DNA of 64,000 nt from Actinomycetota bacterium (GTDB taxonomy: Bacteria; Actinomycetota; Acidimicrobiia; Spongiisociales; UBA11373): positions 50,921 through 114,920 of the forward strand of contig JAHLKU010000002.1 of NCBI GenBank assembly GCA_020444505.1, in the 5' to 3' direction. The translations under genes were made by a program, and so were the position numbers. The first letter of the stretch is position 1. Each line of letters opens with the position of its first letter. The notes beneath the pieces are model-generated. The model made no database searches. It saw only the letters and a program-made list of their open reading frames with translations, and was not told the origin of the DNA. Positions 24,272 to 32,648 of this stretch are shown here, in pieces.

Positions 24272-25418
24272 CGTCGTAGACGGCAGCCATGATCGATGCC
24301 GCTTGGTAGATGCGGTTCCGCGCTCGGCCGGTGATCTCTCTGAGATGGCCGAGTTCCTGGAGAGCCTCTATGGCCGCCTGCGCTGTGGGGAAGGTGACAT
24401 CCAGCATCCTGGCTACCTGCGGAGCTGTCACATACGGGCGATCGATCAGGCGTTCAGCAAGGCGAATCGTGGTCAATGTTGCACCGCCTTCCTGAAGGCC
24501 GACTCGCAAGTCCCGCTGGAGATCCACAAGGGCAACGGTCCGTTCCTCGGCGTCCCGGGCGTATGGCGCAACTCCCCTGAGGAAGTAGTCGAGCCACGCG
24601 AAGGGACTACCGCCGAAGCGTGTCTCATCCAGGCGCGCGTAGTACTCAGCGCGGTCTCGTTCGAAGTAGGCCGAGAGGTAGAGCACCGGAATCGAGAGGA
24701 CCCCCCTATCGATCAGCATCAGCGGGATCAGGAGTCGACCGATCCGCCCGTTCCCGTCAACGAAGGGGTGAATCGTCTCGAACTGGTAGTGAGCGAGTGC
24801 CACGGCGACGAGATTCGGAAGGTCTCGACCATGAATGAAGTGCTCCAGCGCACCAATCGCTCCCGGTACCTCGTCAGGCGGTGGTGGGACGAAGATTGCG
24901 TCGGCCAACAGGGTCCCGGGGGGTCCGATCCAGTTCTGCGTCGTCCTGAACTCACCAGGCAGGGCGTGCTCGCCGCGCACCCCTCGCATCAGGATGGCAT
25001 GGGTCTCCTTGATGAGGCGGCTGGAGAGAGGCAGGGTGGCTAGCCGGTCTTGGGCGTGTCGGAGCGCGTCCACATAGTTGAGGACTTCTTGCACGTCTTC
25101 GCGCCCCTCGACCTCCCCGCCCGCCTCGAGAAGGAGAAGGTCCCCGACCGTGGCCTGTGTGCCCTCGATTCGGCTACTCAGAACGGCTTCGAGTCGCACA
25201 TAGGGCCCAATCAGGATGTCAGCGGTTGGCAGCAGCCGACTGACCCCAGCTAGCCGATGTACGGCAGCGGTGGCTTCGGTCAGAAGGTTGACAGTGCTCT
25301 CTGGGTAGTCGAGCGTGACAGGCAGATCCGCAGGGTAGAAGGCGTCATAGCCGCCGGGGGCGCGTCGCAGCGTCCCGGGATTCCAGACACCGTCGTTGGC
25401 CGTCATGATCGCTGTCAA
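24255..25418 (-). CDS. Fic-family adenylyltransferase (class II, N-terminal auto-inhibitory helix)
   Basis: Fic motif HPFVDGNGRIGR. An inhibitory (S/T)xxxE(G/N) helix is present as SSRIEG. A wHTH-like C-terminus is also present. Confidence 0.9.
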   Translation of the reverse strand: MTAIMTANDGVWNPGTLRRAPGGYDAFYPADLPVTLDYPESTVNLLTEATAAVHRLAGVSRLLPTADILIGPYVRLEAVLSSRIEGTQATVGDLLLLEAGGEVEGREDVQEVLNYVDALRHAQDRLATLPLSSRLIKETHAILMRGVRGEHALPGEFRTTQNWIGPPGTLLADAIFVPPPPDEVPGAIGALEHFIHGRDLPNLVAVALAHYQFETIHPFVDGNGRIGRLLIPLMLIDRGVLSIPVLYLSAYFERDRAEYYARLDETRFGGSPFAWLDYFLRGVAPYARDAEERTVALVDLQRDLRVGLQEGGATLTTIRLAERLIDRPYVTAPQVARMLDVTFPTAQAAIEALQELGHLREITGRARNRIYQAASIMAAVYDAPAPT

Positions 25419-25562
25419 ACTCCGCGATAGTCGCCGTCTGGACTATTAAAGCACATCGGTGTTCGCTTTATTAACGAACCGGCGTGGTTGAGTCTGTCTT
25501 GATTGGACAGTTGGCTTCGACCGGGTCTCTGAGGGTTGGAGAGCCACCGCGAACTGAGCAGC

Positions 25563-25598
25563 GAACTCCCGACAGGGGTCCCGAGACACCCCGGTCTG
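25563..25598 (+). repeat. island repeat copy 5 (GAACTCCCGACAGGGGTCCCGAGACACCCCGGTCTG)
   Basis: Lies between the isochorismatase stop and the Fic start. A GCGAACT half-copy sits just upstream. Confidence 0.6.
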
Positions 25599-25618
25599 CC
25601 CGGGTGACAGGTGTCACA

Positions 25619-26152
25619 TCAGGCGGCCGGGAGTGTCCAGTCCGCCATCACATCTGCGGCGGAGCGGAGCTTCCCGAAGGACGCCAGCTGCAGGTTCACG
25701 GACTCGATCACCGACGCCGCCGGGTCGTCCCCATCGAACGTCGAGTGGCCGTCCTCCACGACAACGACCTCCAGGTCGCTTCGTGCTGCTCCCCTGGACG
25801 TCGCGCTCACGCAGTACTCGCTCTGGAGGCCGGCGATCACCACCGAGGTCACGCCGGCTCTCTCGATGAAGCCCATGAGCTCCTCGGTGGCGAAGGCGTC
25901 CGGCCCCCACTTGTCCACGATGAGGTCGCCCGGGTGGGGAGCCAGTCGCGGATGGATCTCCCATCCCGGCGTACCGGGGGCGTCCGGGTCCTCTTCGCCG
26001 CCGTTGTTGCGAACGAAGACGATGGGGATCTGTCGGCGTCGCGCTGCCGCCACGAGGTCCTCCAGACGCTGCAGCAGAGGCGCAGCGTCATGGGCCGGTG
26101 TGGGCTCGAACATGTTCACTTGAGCATCGATGACGATGAGTGCCTGGGACAT
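25619..26152 (-). CDS. isochorismatase-family cysteine hydrolase
   Basis: 177 aa with the isochorismatase fold pattern LIVIDAQ...VIAGLQSEYCV. Confidence 0.85.
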   Translation of the reverse strand: MSQALIVIDAQVNMFEPTPAHDAAPLLQRLEDLVAAARRRQIPIVFVRNNGGEEDPDAPGTPGWEIHPRLAPHPGDLIVDKWGPDAFATEELMGFIERAGVTSVVIAGLQSEYCVSATSRGAARSDLEVVVVEDGHSTFDGDDPAASVIESVNLQLASFGKLRSAADVMADWTLPAA

Positions 26153-26228
26153 GCGGCGAGACTACCCGAACACACGTTCGGCCTCAATCGGAGTCGTCGA
26201 TTGCCTCCTCGATGTGGTCCGACACAGC

Positions 26229-26256
26229 GAACTCATCACAGGGGTCCCGAGGGGCG
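26229..26256 (+). repeat. island repeat copy 6 (GAACTCATCACAGGGGTCCCGAGGGGCG)
   Basis: Lies in the divergent gap between the isochorismatase and LLM genes. Confidence 0.6.
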
Positions 26257-26451
26257 GGATTCCTCGAGCCTCGATCATCCGGCCGCAAACCCTGGAAGGG
26301 TGGCCGACTGGGTCGTGCTCCGCGCCCGCGTGCCGGCGCGTCCCTGTCGTTGGGGGCGATGCCGCCGGTGCCGTAGGGTGGCACTCGACCAGCGAGAGGG
26401 CCGCCGAAGCGTTCGGCTGCGGTTCGTTCGCTCGAGTGAGAGGGGTGCCAC

Positions 26452-27417
26452 GTGGCAGAGAGCGATCGTCCGGCGCTCAGATTCGGTGCCGACTGCTTCA
26501 GCCAGCACACAGACTGGCCGTCGTACCTGCACGCGATGCGGACGGCTGAGGATCTGGGCTACGACTCACTGTGGACGCCGGACCACCTGATCCCGACGCC
26601 GCCCGGTGCCGACCCCGAGGGCCCGATCCTGGAGCCGTACACGTGTCTGGCCGGAGTCGCTGCGATGACGTCGAGGGCCACGGTCGGATGCCTGGTCAGC
26701 CCGATCAGCCTTCGCCAACCGGCACTCCTGGTGAAGATGGTCACGGCTCTCGATCACGTGAGCGACGGACGTGCCGTGCTGGCGGTGGGCTCCGGATGGC
26801 ATCGAGAGGAGCATCGGCAGTACGGATTCGAGTTCGGAAGCGGATTCGGAGAGCGGCTCGATTGGCTTCGACAGGCCCTCCCGGTGATGCGCGGGATGCT
26901 CGATGGAATCCGGCCGTCGTCGTCCGGAGGTCGATACGACGTCCGGGAAGCCGTGAACTCTCCCGCACCCGTTCAGGCCCGCCTCCCGATCCTCATCGGG
27001 GGCTCCGGCCCCAAGGTGACACTTCGGCTGGTCGCCGAGTACGGGGACATGTGCAACCTGATCGGATCACCCGACCAGGTCGCGGTCGCCGAGGCCAGAC
27101 TGGTCGAGCACTGTGAGGCCGTGGACAGGGATCCATCCCAGATCGAACGAACGGTCGCAATCCGCCAACCGATCATCCGAGACTCCCACACAGAAGCCGA
27201 GCAGGTGCTGAACGAGGTCTTTGCCCACAACGACTCCGAGCCGTGGAGCCGGGACATGGTCGGGACCCCGCACGACCTTGTCGAGAGATGTGCTCCCTAC
27301 GTCGAGATGGGGTACCGGCATCTCATCTTCCAGTTCCTCGCCCCCTTCGACGGGGAGACGATGGAACGCCTCGCAACGGAGGTGAGGCCCCAGCTCGAGG
27401 CCATCGCCGCCGCCTGA
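26452..27417 (+). CDS. LLM-class F420-dependent oxidoreductase (luciferase-like monooxygenase family)
   Basis: GTG start. TIM-barrel LLM motifs LWTPDHL...LAVGSGW...LIGGSGPK. Confidence 0.85.
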   Translation: MAESDRPALRFGADCFSQHTDWPSYLHAMRTAEDLGYDSLWTPDHLIPTPPGADPEGPILEPYTCLAGVAAMTSRATVGCLVSPISLRQPALLVKMVTALDHVSDGRAVLAVGSGWHREEHRQYGFEFGSGFGERLDWLRQALPVMRGMLDGIRPSSSGGRYDVREAVNSPAPVQARLPILIGGSGPKVTLRLVAEYGDMCNLIGSPDQVAVAEARLVEHCEAVDRDPSQIERTVAIRQPIIRDSHTEAEQVLNEVFAHNDSEPWSRDMVGTPHDLVERCAPYVEMGYRHLIFQFLAPFDGETMERLATEVRPQLEAIAAA

Positions 27418-27493
27418 TCCGCCGAGATCTCCCGTGCAGCCTCCTGGTGTGTGCCACGTGATGTGCTCAGACGGAACCGAACGGGACCACAGC

Positions 27494-27530
27494 GGAGTCC
27501 CGACAGGCACCCCGCACCGGTGGTCCCGGG
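27494..27530 (+). repeat. island repeat copy 7 (degenerate: GGAGTCCCGACAGGCACCCCG...GGTCCCGGGG), at the right edge of the island
   Basis: 17 nt upstream of the lipoprotein gene stop, where GC returns to about 72%. Confidence 0.45.
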
Positions 27531-27546
27531 GCGCGGGATCGGTCGC

Positions 27547-28572
27547 CTAGGGCCGTGATCCGGCGGCGAACGCCAGCCAGGCGTCCCACGCGATGCGGGG
27601 CTCCCCGGACGAGTCGAACAGGCCCATCGTGGAGAACGGCTCGCCGATCGGCTGGTCGTACATGAACGCCCAGGTGACGAACCCGACGTCGAGGCCGGCG
27701 AGCATCTCCTCGAACCGCGTGATGAACTCGGCCTGGAGGCCCGGGTCCCCGGTGTAGGGGCCCAGGTCGCCGCCGGCCTGCCAGCCGACCTCGGTGAATG
27801 CGATCGGACGATCGACGTGGTCGAGGATCGAGGAGTAGTACTCGTCGGGGAGATCGGCCGGCGACTCGAACACCAGGCCCGGGTAGGTCGTGAAGGCGAT
27901 CAGGTCTGCGTCGGGGAAGTCGTCGATGAGGTGCCAGGTGGCCGCTTCCGGGTCGTTCTCACCTCCGAAGAGGCCCCCGTGCATGCCGCGCATCCGCTCC
28001 AGCTGGAACACGACGAAGACGCTGGTCTCGGGCGACGATGCTTCGACCGCGGCAGCGAACCGCGCGAACATCTCGGTCGCACGTCCCCACTCGTCGGGAT
28101 GCGCCCGCCAGTTGCTGTCGACCTCGACCCCGAAGCCCATGAAACGCGGACGGTGGCGCGCGGCGAACGAGGCCGCGGCCTCCACGTACCCGTCGGCCGC
28201 CTCGTCGGTCGGCGGCCGGAGGAACTCTCCGTCTTCGGTCCGGGACCACCCCCCGACGGTGACGGCCACGACGCCCGTCTGGGCTGCGATCCCGGCCGTC
28301 GCCTCCGGGCCGGCATCGGGCTCCCCCCACTCCATGGCATCACCCACCCACTCCAGGAGCGTGGCGCCTTCGGCGAGGTGGTCCAGGAACGCTGCGAAGT
28401 CCTCGGGCGACGTGCTCCGCGGCGACACGGAGAAGCCGCGCAACGGATCGCCGCCGGCCTCCCCCGATCCGCCGGCGGTGGCGGGAGACGGCGTCCCCGC
28501 GTCCTGGCCGCACGCCCCGGCGAGCAGGGCGGCCACCGTGACGACGAGCCAGATGCGACGCATGCGGGGCAT
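27547..28572 (-). CDS. secreted lipoprotein, glycoside-hydrolase-like (TIM-barrel) domain; function uncertain
   Basis: Signal peptide plus lipobox LLAGACG; 341 aa. Confidence 0.6.
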   Translation of the reverse strand: MPRMRRIWLVVTVAALLAGACGQDAGTPSPATAGGSGEAGGDPLRGFSVSPRSTSPEDFAAFLDHLAEGATLLEWVGDAMEWGEPDAGPEATAGIAAQTGVVAVTVGGWSRTEDGEFLRPPTDEAADGYVEAAASFAARHRPRFMGFGVEVDSNWRAHPDEWGRATEMFARFAAAVEASSPETSVFVVFQLERMRGMHGGLFGGENDPEAATWHLIDDFPDADLIAFTTYPGLVFESPADLPDEYYSSILDHVDRPIAFTEVGWQAGGDLGPYTGDPGLQAEFITRFEEMLAGLDVGFVTWAFMYDQPIGEPFSTMGLFDSSGEPRIAWDAWLAFAAGSRP

Positions 28573-28640
28573 CGTAGAGCCGCGTCCCCACCGCGCGGGA
28601 GGCCCTCAGGCCCGTTCACGGCGCGTCGCCGCCTCGCCCC

Positions 28641-30317
28641 CTACTTGACCCTCCGTCCCCCGATCTCGCCGGCGACCACCCAGGCGACCACCGAGCCGAT
28701 CTCGATCTCGTCGCGCAGGCTGGTCTCGCCGGCGAACCCGGCGGAGCCGCGTTGGGTGCGGCCGGGGCGGGTCTCCCGCATCTCGCGGAAGCGCTCCTGC
28801 CACTTCTCCCAGTTGCAGGGGCGCAGATCCACCCACCCCTTCGCCGCCCAGGCGTCTCGGTCGGCATCGGTCATGGGGACCACCGTCTGCCCCGGCACCT
28901 CCGGGATGCGGACGAACGGGCCCCGCAGCAGCGTGGCGCCGTCGGGCCCCAGGATCGGCAGGCCCAGCGACGTGATGGTGTCCCGCAGTCCGGTGCGCTC
29001 GGCGACCAGGTCGTCGGCGTCCTTGGCGATCGTGTCGGGACCGGTCTCCAGGACCCGGGTGGGCGTGCCGTACAGGGCCCGCAGCAACTCGGCCTCCCAC
29101 AGCAGTTTCGACAACTCCGGCGGGCCCAACTGGCCCAGCGCCACGCTGTGGGTGCCGGTGGCGTCCTCGATCGCCGAGAACTCCTCCATCGCCCTGGCGC
29201 GCAGCACCCCTGCCCGGTAGGTGGGGCCGAGGACGGCGCCGTCGAGGGCGGCGATCACGTCGTGGCCGGTGTTGCCGCCCTCGATCTCGCGGACCACCTG
29301 GCGGGCGATCTCCTCGGGGGTGATCATCTCCATCATCCCGAGGGCGGTGACCACCTCGAACTCGCCCTTGGTGAACACGCCGTTCTCGCCGGTGTCGATG
29401 ACCGGCAACTGCAACTCGGCCTCGTCCTCGAACCCCTCCGGGTCGAGGCGGAGCTCGAGATGGTCGCCGAGCGACTCCCTGCGGGCGGCGTAGCGGTGCA
29501 CCACCCGGCCCTTCTCCCGGATGGTCCGGTAGCCCAGGTCGGAGTAGCCGATCAGCGTGCTCGGCTTGATCTCCTTGACCAGGGGGCCGTCGGTGCGGGC
29601 CATCAGGAACAGCAGGCCGGTGTGGGCGAAGGCGCAGGCGTTCTTGGTCAGCAGGCGCGCCGAGGGGCGGTCCTCGCTGTGGGTGAAGGGGATGTCGAGG
29701 CCCATGCCGCCGGTGCCGCTGGTGCCGACCTTCAGGTACATGCGGGTGCCGGCCTCGCGCAGGGCCCGCAGCAGGATGAGGACGTGGCGGATCAACTGGG
29801 GGATGGTGAGCGACAGGATCAGGGTCTCGATGTCTTCGGCCACCACGTTGGGGGGGATCAGCGACCCGTTGAGCATCGCCTCGATGTCGCGCTCGGCGAT
29901 GATGGCCGAGGTGTACACGTCCTGGTACGAGATGGCCGTCGCGGTGTTGATGGCGTCCACCACCACGTCGGGCCGGTAGGCGGCCACCAGGCCGGCCAGG
30001 CGGGACCGCTCGTAGGCCTCGTCGATGGGGCCGAGCATGTCCTCGAACGCCTTCTCGCGGTTGCCGTGGTCCTCGATCATGGCCCGGCGCCCGATGCGGG
30101 TGAACTCCTCCCGCACGAACACGTCTCCCCACTCCCCGACGATCTCCACGCCGGGCGGGGCGAGGGCGCGGAGGTCGTCGACGGCGCGGGCGACCTCCTC
30201 CTCTCCCAGGGAGACGATGACGATTCGCTCGGGGCGCAGGTCCACGGCGATCCGGTGGGCCACCTGGTAGCCCACCATGCCTGCACCACCGAGCACCACA
30301 AACGTGCGGTCGGGCAC
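28641..30317 (-). CDS. NAD(P)-binding Rossmann-fold protein, saccharopine dehydrogenase-like; function uncertain
   Basis: GTG start (VPDRTFVVLGGAGMVGYQVAHRIA) after a GGAGG RBS. This is the real lower part of the 1112-aa track ORF; the upper 550 codons are an artefact. Confidence 0.6.
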   Translation of the reverse strand: MPDRTFVVLGGAGMVGYQVAHRIAVDLRPERIVIVSLGEEEVARAVDDLRALAPPGVEIVGEWGDVFVREEFTRIGRRAMIEDHGNREKAFEDMLGPIDEAYERSRLAGLVAAYRPDVVVDAINTATAISYQDVYTSAIIAERDIEAMLNGSLIPPNVVAEDIETLILSLTIPQLIRHVLILLRALREAGTRMYLKVGTSGTGGMGLDIPFTHSEDRPSARLLTKNACAFAHTGLLFLMARTDGPLVKEIKPSTLIGYSDLGYRTIREKGRVVHRYAARRESLGDHLELRLDPEGFEDEAELQLPVIDTGENGVFTKGEFEVVTALGMMEMITPEEIARQVVREIEGGNTGHDVIAALDGAVLGPTYRAGVLRARAMEEFSAIEDATGTHSVALGQLGPPELSKLLWEAELLRALYGTPTRVLETGPDTIAKDADDLVAERTGLRDTITSLGLPILGPDGATLLRGPFVRIPEVPGQTVVPMTDADRDAWAAKGWVDLRPCNWEKWQERFREMRETRPGRTQRGSAGFAGETSLRDEIEIGSVVAWVVAGEIGGRRVK

Positions 30318-30449
30318 GACCAGACCTCCTGCCACGGTGTCGCCCCAGGTGTACCGGAGGGCCGTTGCGCTGCCTAGAGGACTCCGTCCCTGCCGGGCGA
30401 CGGCCGTTCGCCTCTGTGCCGGCGGCGCCGGTGCGATAGCTTGGGGGCG

Positions 30450-32066
30450 ATGACCACTGCGGCCCTGCGCGCTCGCGTGCTGCTGGGCGACGAAGCGGTC
30501 GCCCTCGGTGCGCTCGACGCCGGGGTGAGCGCCGCCTACGCCTACCCCGGCACCCCGTCCACGGAGATCTTCGAGTACCTGCACGCCCACGCCGCCGACT
30601 ACGGGGTGCGTGCCGACTGGTGCGCCAACGAGAAGACCTCCTACGAGCAGGCGCTGGGCGTGTCGATGGCGGGACGGCGGGCCATGGTGTCGATGAAGCA
30701 CGTCGGCCTCAACGTGGCGGCCGACCCGTTCGTCAACTCGGCGCTGGTGGGCATCGAGGGCGGCCTGGTGGTGGTGGTGGCCGACGACCCCGGCATGCAC
30801 TCGTCGCAGAACGAGCAGGACAGCCGCCACCTGGCCGATTTCGCCCGCATCGTGTGCCTGGAACCCGCCGACCAGCAGCAGGCGTACGACATGACGCGCG
30901 AGGCGTTCGACCTGTCGGAGCGCTTCCGCATCCCGGTGATGATCCGCCTCGTCACCCGCCTGTGCCACAGCCGGGCGCTGGTGGACCCCGGCCCGGCCGC
31001 CGAGCAGCGGCCGGGGGCCAAGGCGCACGACCCCGGAGAGTGGACCCTGCTGCCGTCGATCAGCCGGAGGCTGTGGCGGGGCCTGCTCGACCTGCAACCC
31101 GGCCTGGCGGCCTGGTCGGAGGGCTCCGGCCACAGCGTCCTGGAGGCCGGGGAGGGCCGCACCGGCATCGTCACCACCGGCATCGCCCGCAACTACGTGG
31201 CGGAGAACCTCGATGGGACGGCCGCCCCGCCGCCCCGCCTGCACATCGGCGCCTACCCGGCCCCCGCCGGCATGCTGCGCGAGTTCGCCGCAGGGCTCGA
31301 CCGGATCCTGGTGGTGGAGGAGGGGTACCCCTTCGTGGAGGACCGCCTGCGGGGCGTGCTGCCGCACCGCTGGGAGATCGCAGGCAAGCGCGACGGCACC
31401 CTGCCCCTGGACGGGGAGCTGACCCCCGACACCGTCCGGGAGGCGATGGGCCTGCCACCGCGGCCGCGCCTGGTGGTGGGGGGCCTCGACCTGCCGGTCC
31501 GCCCGCCGCAACTGTGCAAGGGATGCCCCCACCGCGACTCGTACGACTCGCTGGCGATGGCGCTCGGCGGCGAGGAGGCGCCGGTGGTCACCTCCGACAT
31601 CGGGTGCTACACGCTGGGTGCGCTGCCGCCGTACCAGGCCATCGAGTCGTGCGTGTGCATGGGGGCGTCGGTCGGCATGGCGAAGGGCGCCTCCGACGCG
31701 GGCATCCGCCCGGCCGTGGCGGTCATCGGCGACAGCACCTTCCTCCACAGCGGGGTCACCGGCCTCATGGACGCGGTGGCGGCCGACACCGACATGACGC
31801 TGCTGATCCTCGACAACGAGATCGTGGCGATGACCGGCCTGCAGCCCACGGTGCTGGGCGGGCGGCTGGGCCCCATCGTCGAGGGGCTGGGCGTGGACCC
31901 GGCCCACGTGCGGGTGGTGGAGATCGACCACCGCGACCCGGGCGTGCTGGCCGCGGTGCTGCGGGAGGAGATCGCCCACACCGGGCTGTCGGTGGTGGTG
32001 GCCGTGCGCGAGTGCGTCGAGGCCGCCAAGGCGACCCGCCGGACCGGGCGGGAGGAGCGGGCGTGA
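30450..32066 (+). CDS. iorA: indolepyruvate ferredoxin oxidoreductase, alpha subunit
   Basis: TPP-binding and PFOR domains, with a CKGCPHRDSYDSL Cys cluster; IorA-like length. Confidence 0.85.
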   Translation: MTTAALRARVLLGDEAVALGALDAGVSAAYAYPGTPSTEIFEYLHAHAADYGVRADWCANEKTSYEQALGVSMAGRRAMVSMKHVGLNVAADPFVNSALVGIEGGLVVVVADDPGMHSSQNEQDSRHLADFARIVCLEPADQQQAYDMTREAFDLSERFRIPVMIRLVTRLCHSRALVDPGPAAEQRPGAKAHDPGEWTLLPSISRRLWRGLLDLQPGLAAWSEGSGHSVLEAGEGRTGIVTTGIARNYVAENLDGTAAPPPRLHIGAYPAPAGMLREFAAGLDRILVVEEGYPFVEDRLRGVLPHRWEIAGKRDGTLPLDGELTPDTVREAMGLPPRPRLVVGGLDLPVRPPQLCKGCPHRDSYDSLAMALGGEEAPVVTSDIGCYTLGALPPYQAIESCVCMGASVGMAKGASDAGIRPAVAVIGDSTFLHSGVTGLMDAVAADTDMTLLILDNEIVAMTGLQPTVLGGRLGPIVEGLGVDPAHVRVVEIDHRDPGVLAAVLREEIAHTGLSVVVAVRECVEAAKATRRTGREERA

Positions 32067-32647
32067 GGGCCGACGTGGTGCTCGCCGGGGTGGGCGGCCA
32101 GGGCGTGCTGACCGTGGCCGCCATCCTCGCCGAGGCCGCCCGGCGCGAGGGCCTCGAGGTGAAACAGGGCGAGATCCACGGCATGTCGCAGCGGGGCGGG
32201 GCCGTGTTCGCCGGCGTGCGCCTGGCCGACGGCCCCATCGCCAGCGACCTCATCCCCCGCGGCGCCGCGACCCTGCTGGTGGGCCTGGAGCCGGTCGAGG
32301 CCCTCCGCTACGTGGACTACCTGGCGCCGGAGGGGCGCCTGGTGGCGGCGGCCGACCCGATGGCAGACATCCCCGGCTACCCCGACCTCGCCGAGGTCCA
32401 CCGCATGGTGGGGTCGGTGCCCGGCGCCGTGCTGGTGGAGGCGGCCGCGCTCGCCAGGGAGGCCGGCTCGCCCCGGTCGGCGAACGTGGTGATGGTGGGC
32501 GCGGCCAGTGCCTTCCTGCCGCTGCGGCCCGCAACCGTGGCGGCCTGCATCGCCGACGGGTTCGCCCGCAAGGGGAAGCGGGTCGTGGAGGTGAACGGCC
32601 GGGCCTTCGAGGCGGGGCGGGACGCGGTCGCCGCCGCCGCCCGCTGA
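32063..32647 (+). CDS. iorB: indolepyruvate ferredoxin oxidoreductase, beta subunit
   Basis: GTG overlapping the iorA stop (GTGA). The POR gamma-like motif is ADVVLAGVGGQGVLT. Confidence 0.8.
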   Translation: MRADVVLAGVGGQGVLTVAAILAEAARREGLEVKQGEIHGMSQRGGAVFAGVRLADGPIASDLIPRGAATLLVGLEPVEALRYVDYLAPEGRLVAAADPMADIPGYPDLAEVHRMVGSVPGAVLVEAAALAREAGSPRSANVVMVGAASAFLPLRPATVAACIADGFARKGKRVVEVNGRAFEAGRDAVAAAAR

Positions 32648-32648
32648 C

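Noticed and set aside
18268-27546. CRISPR array or integron call for the island repeats
   Set aside because: The spacers are 0.7-3.2 kb and contain whole genes, so this is not CRISPR. No integrase gene was found. The attC R'/R'' (GTTRRRY) boxes could not be recognised convincingly. I kept this only as a cassette-like repeat observation.
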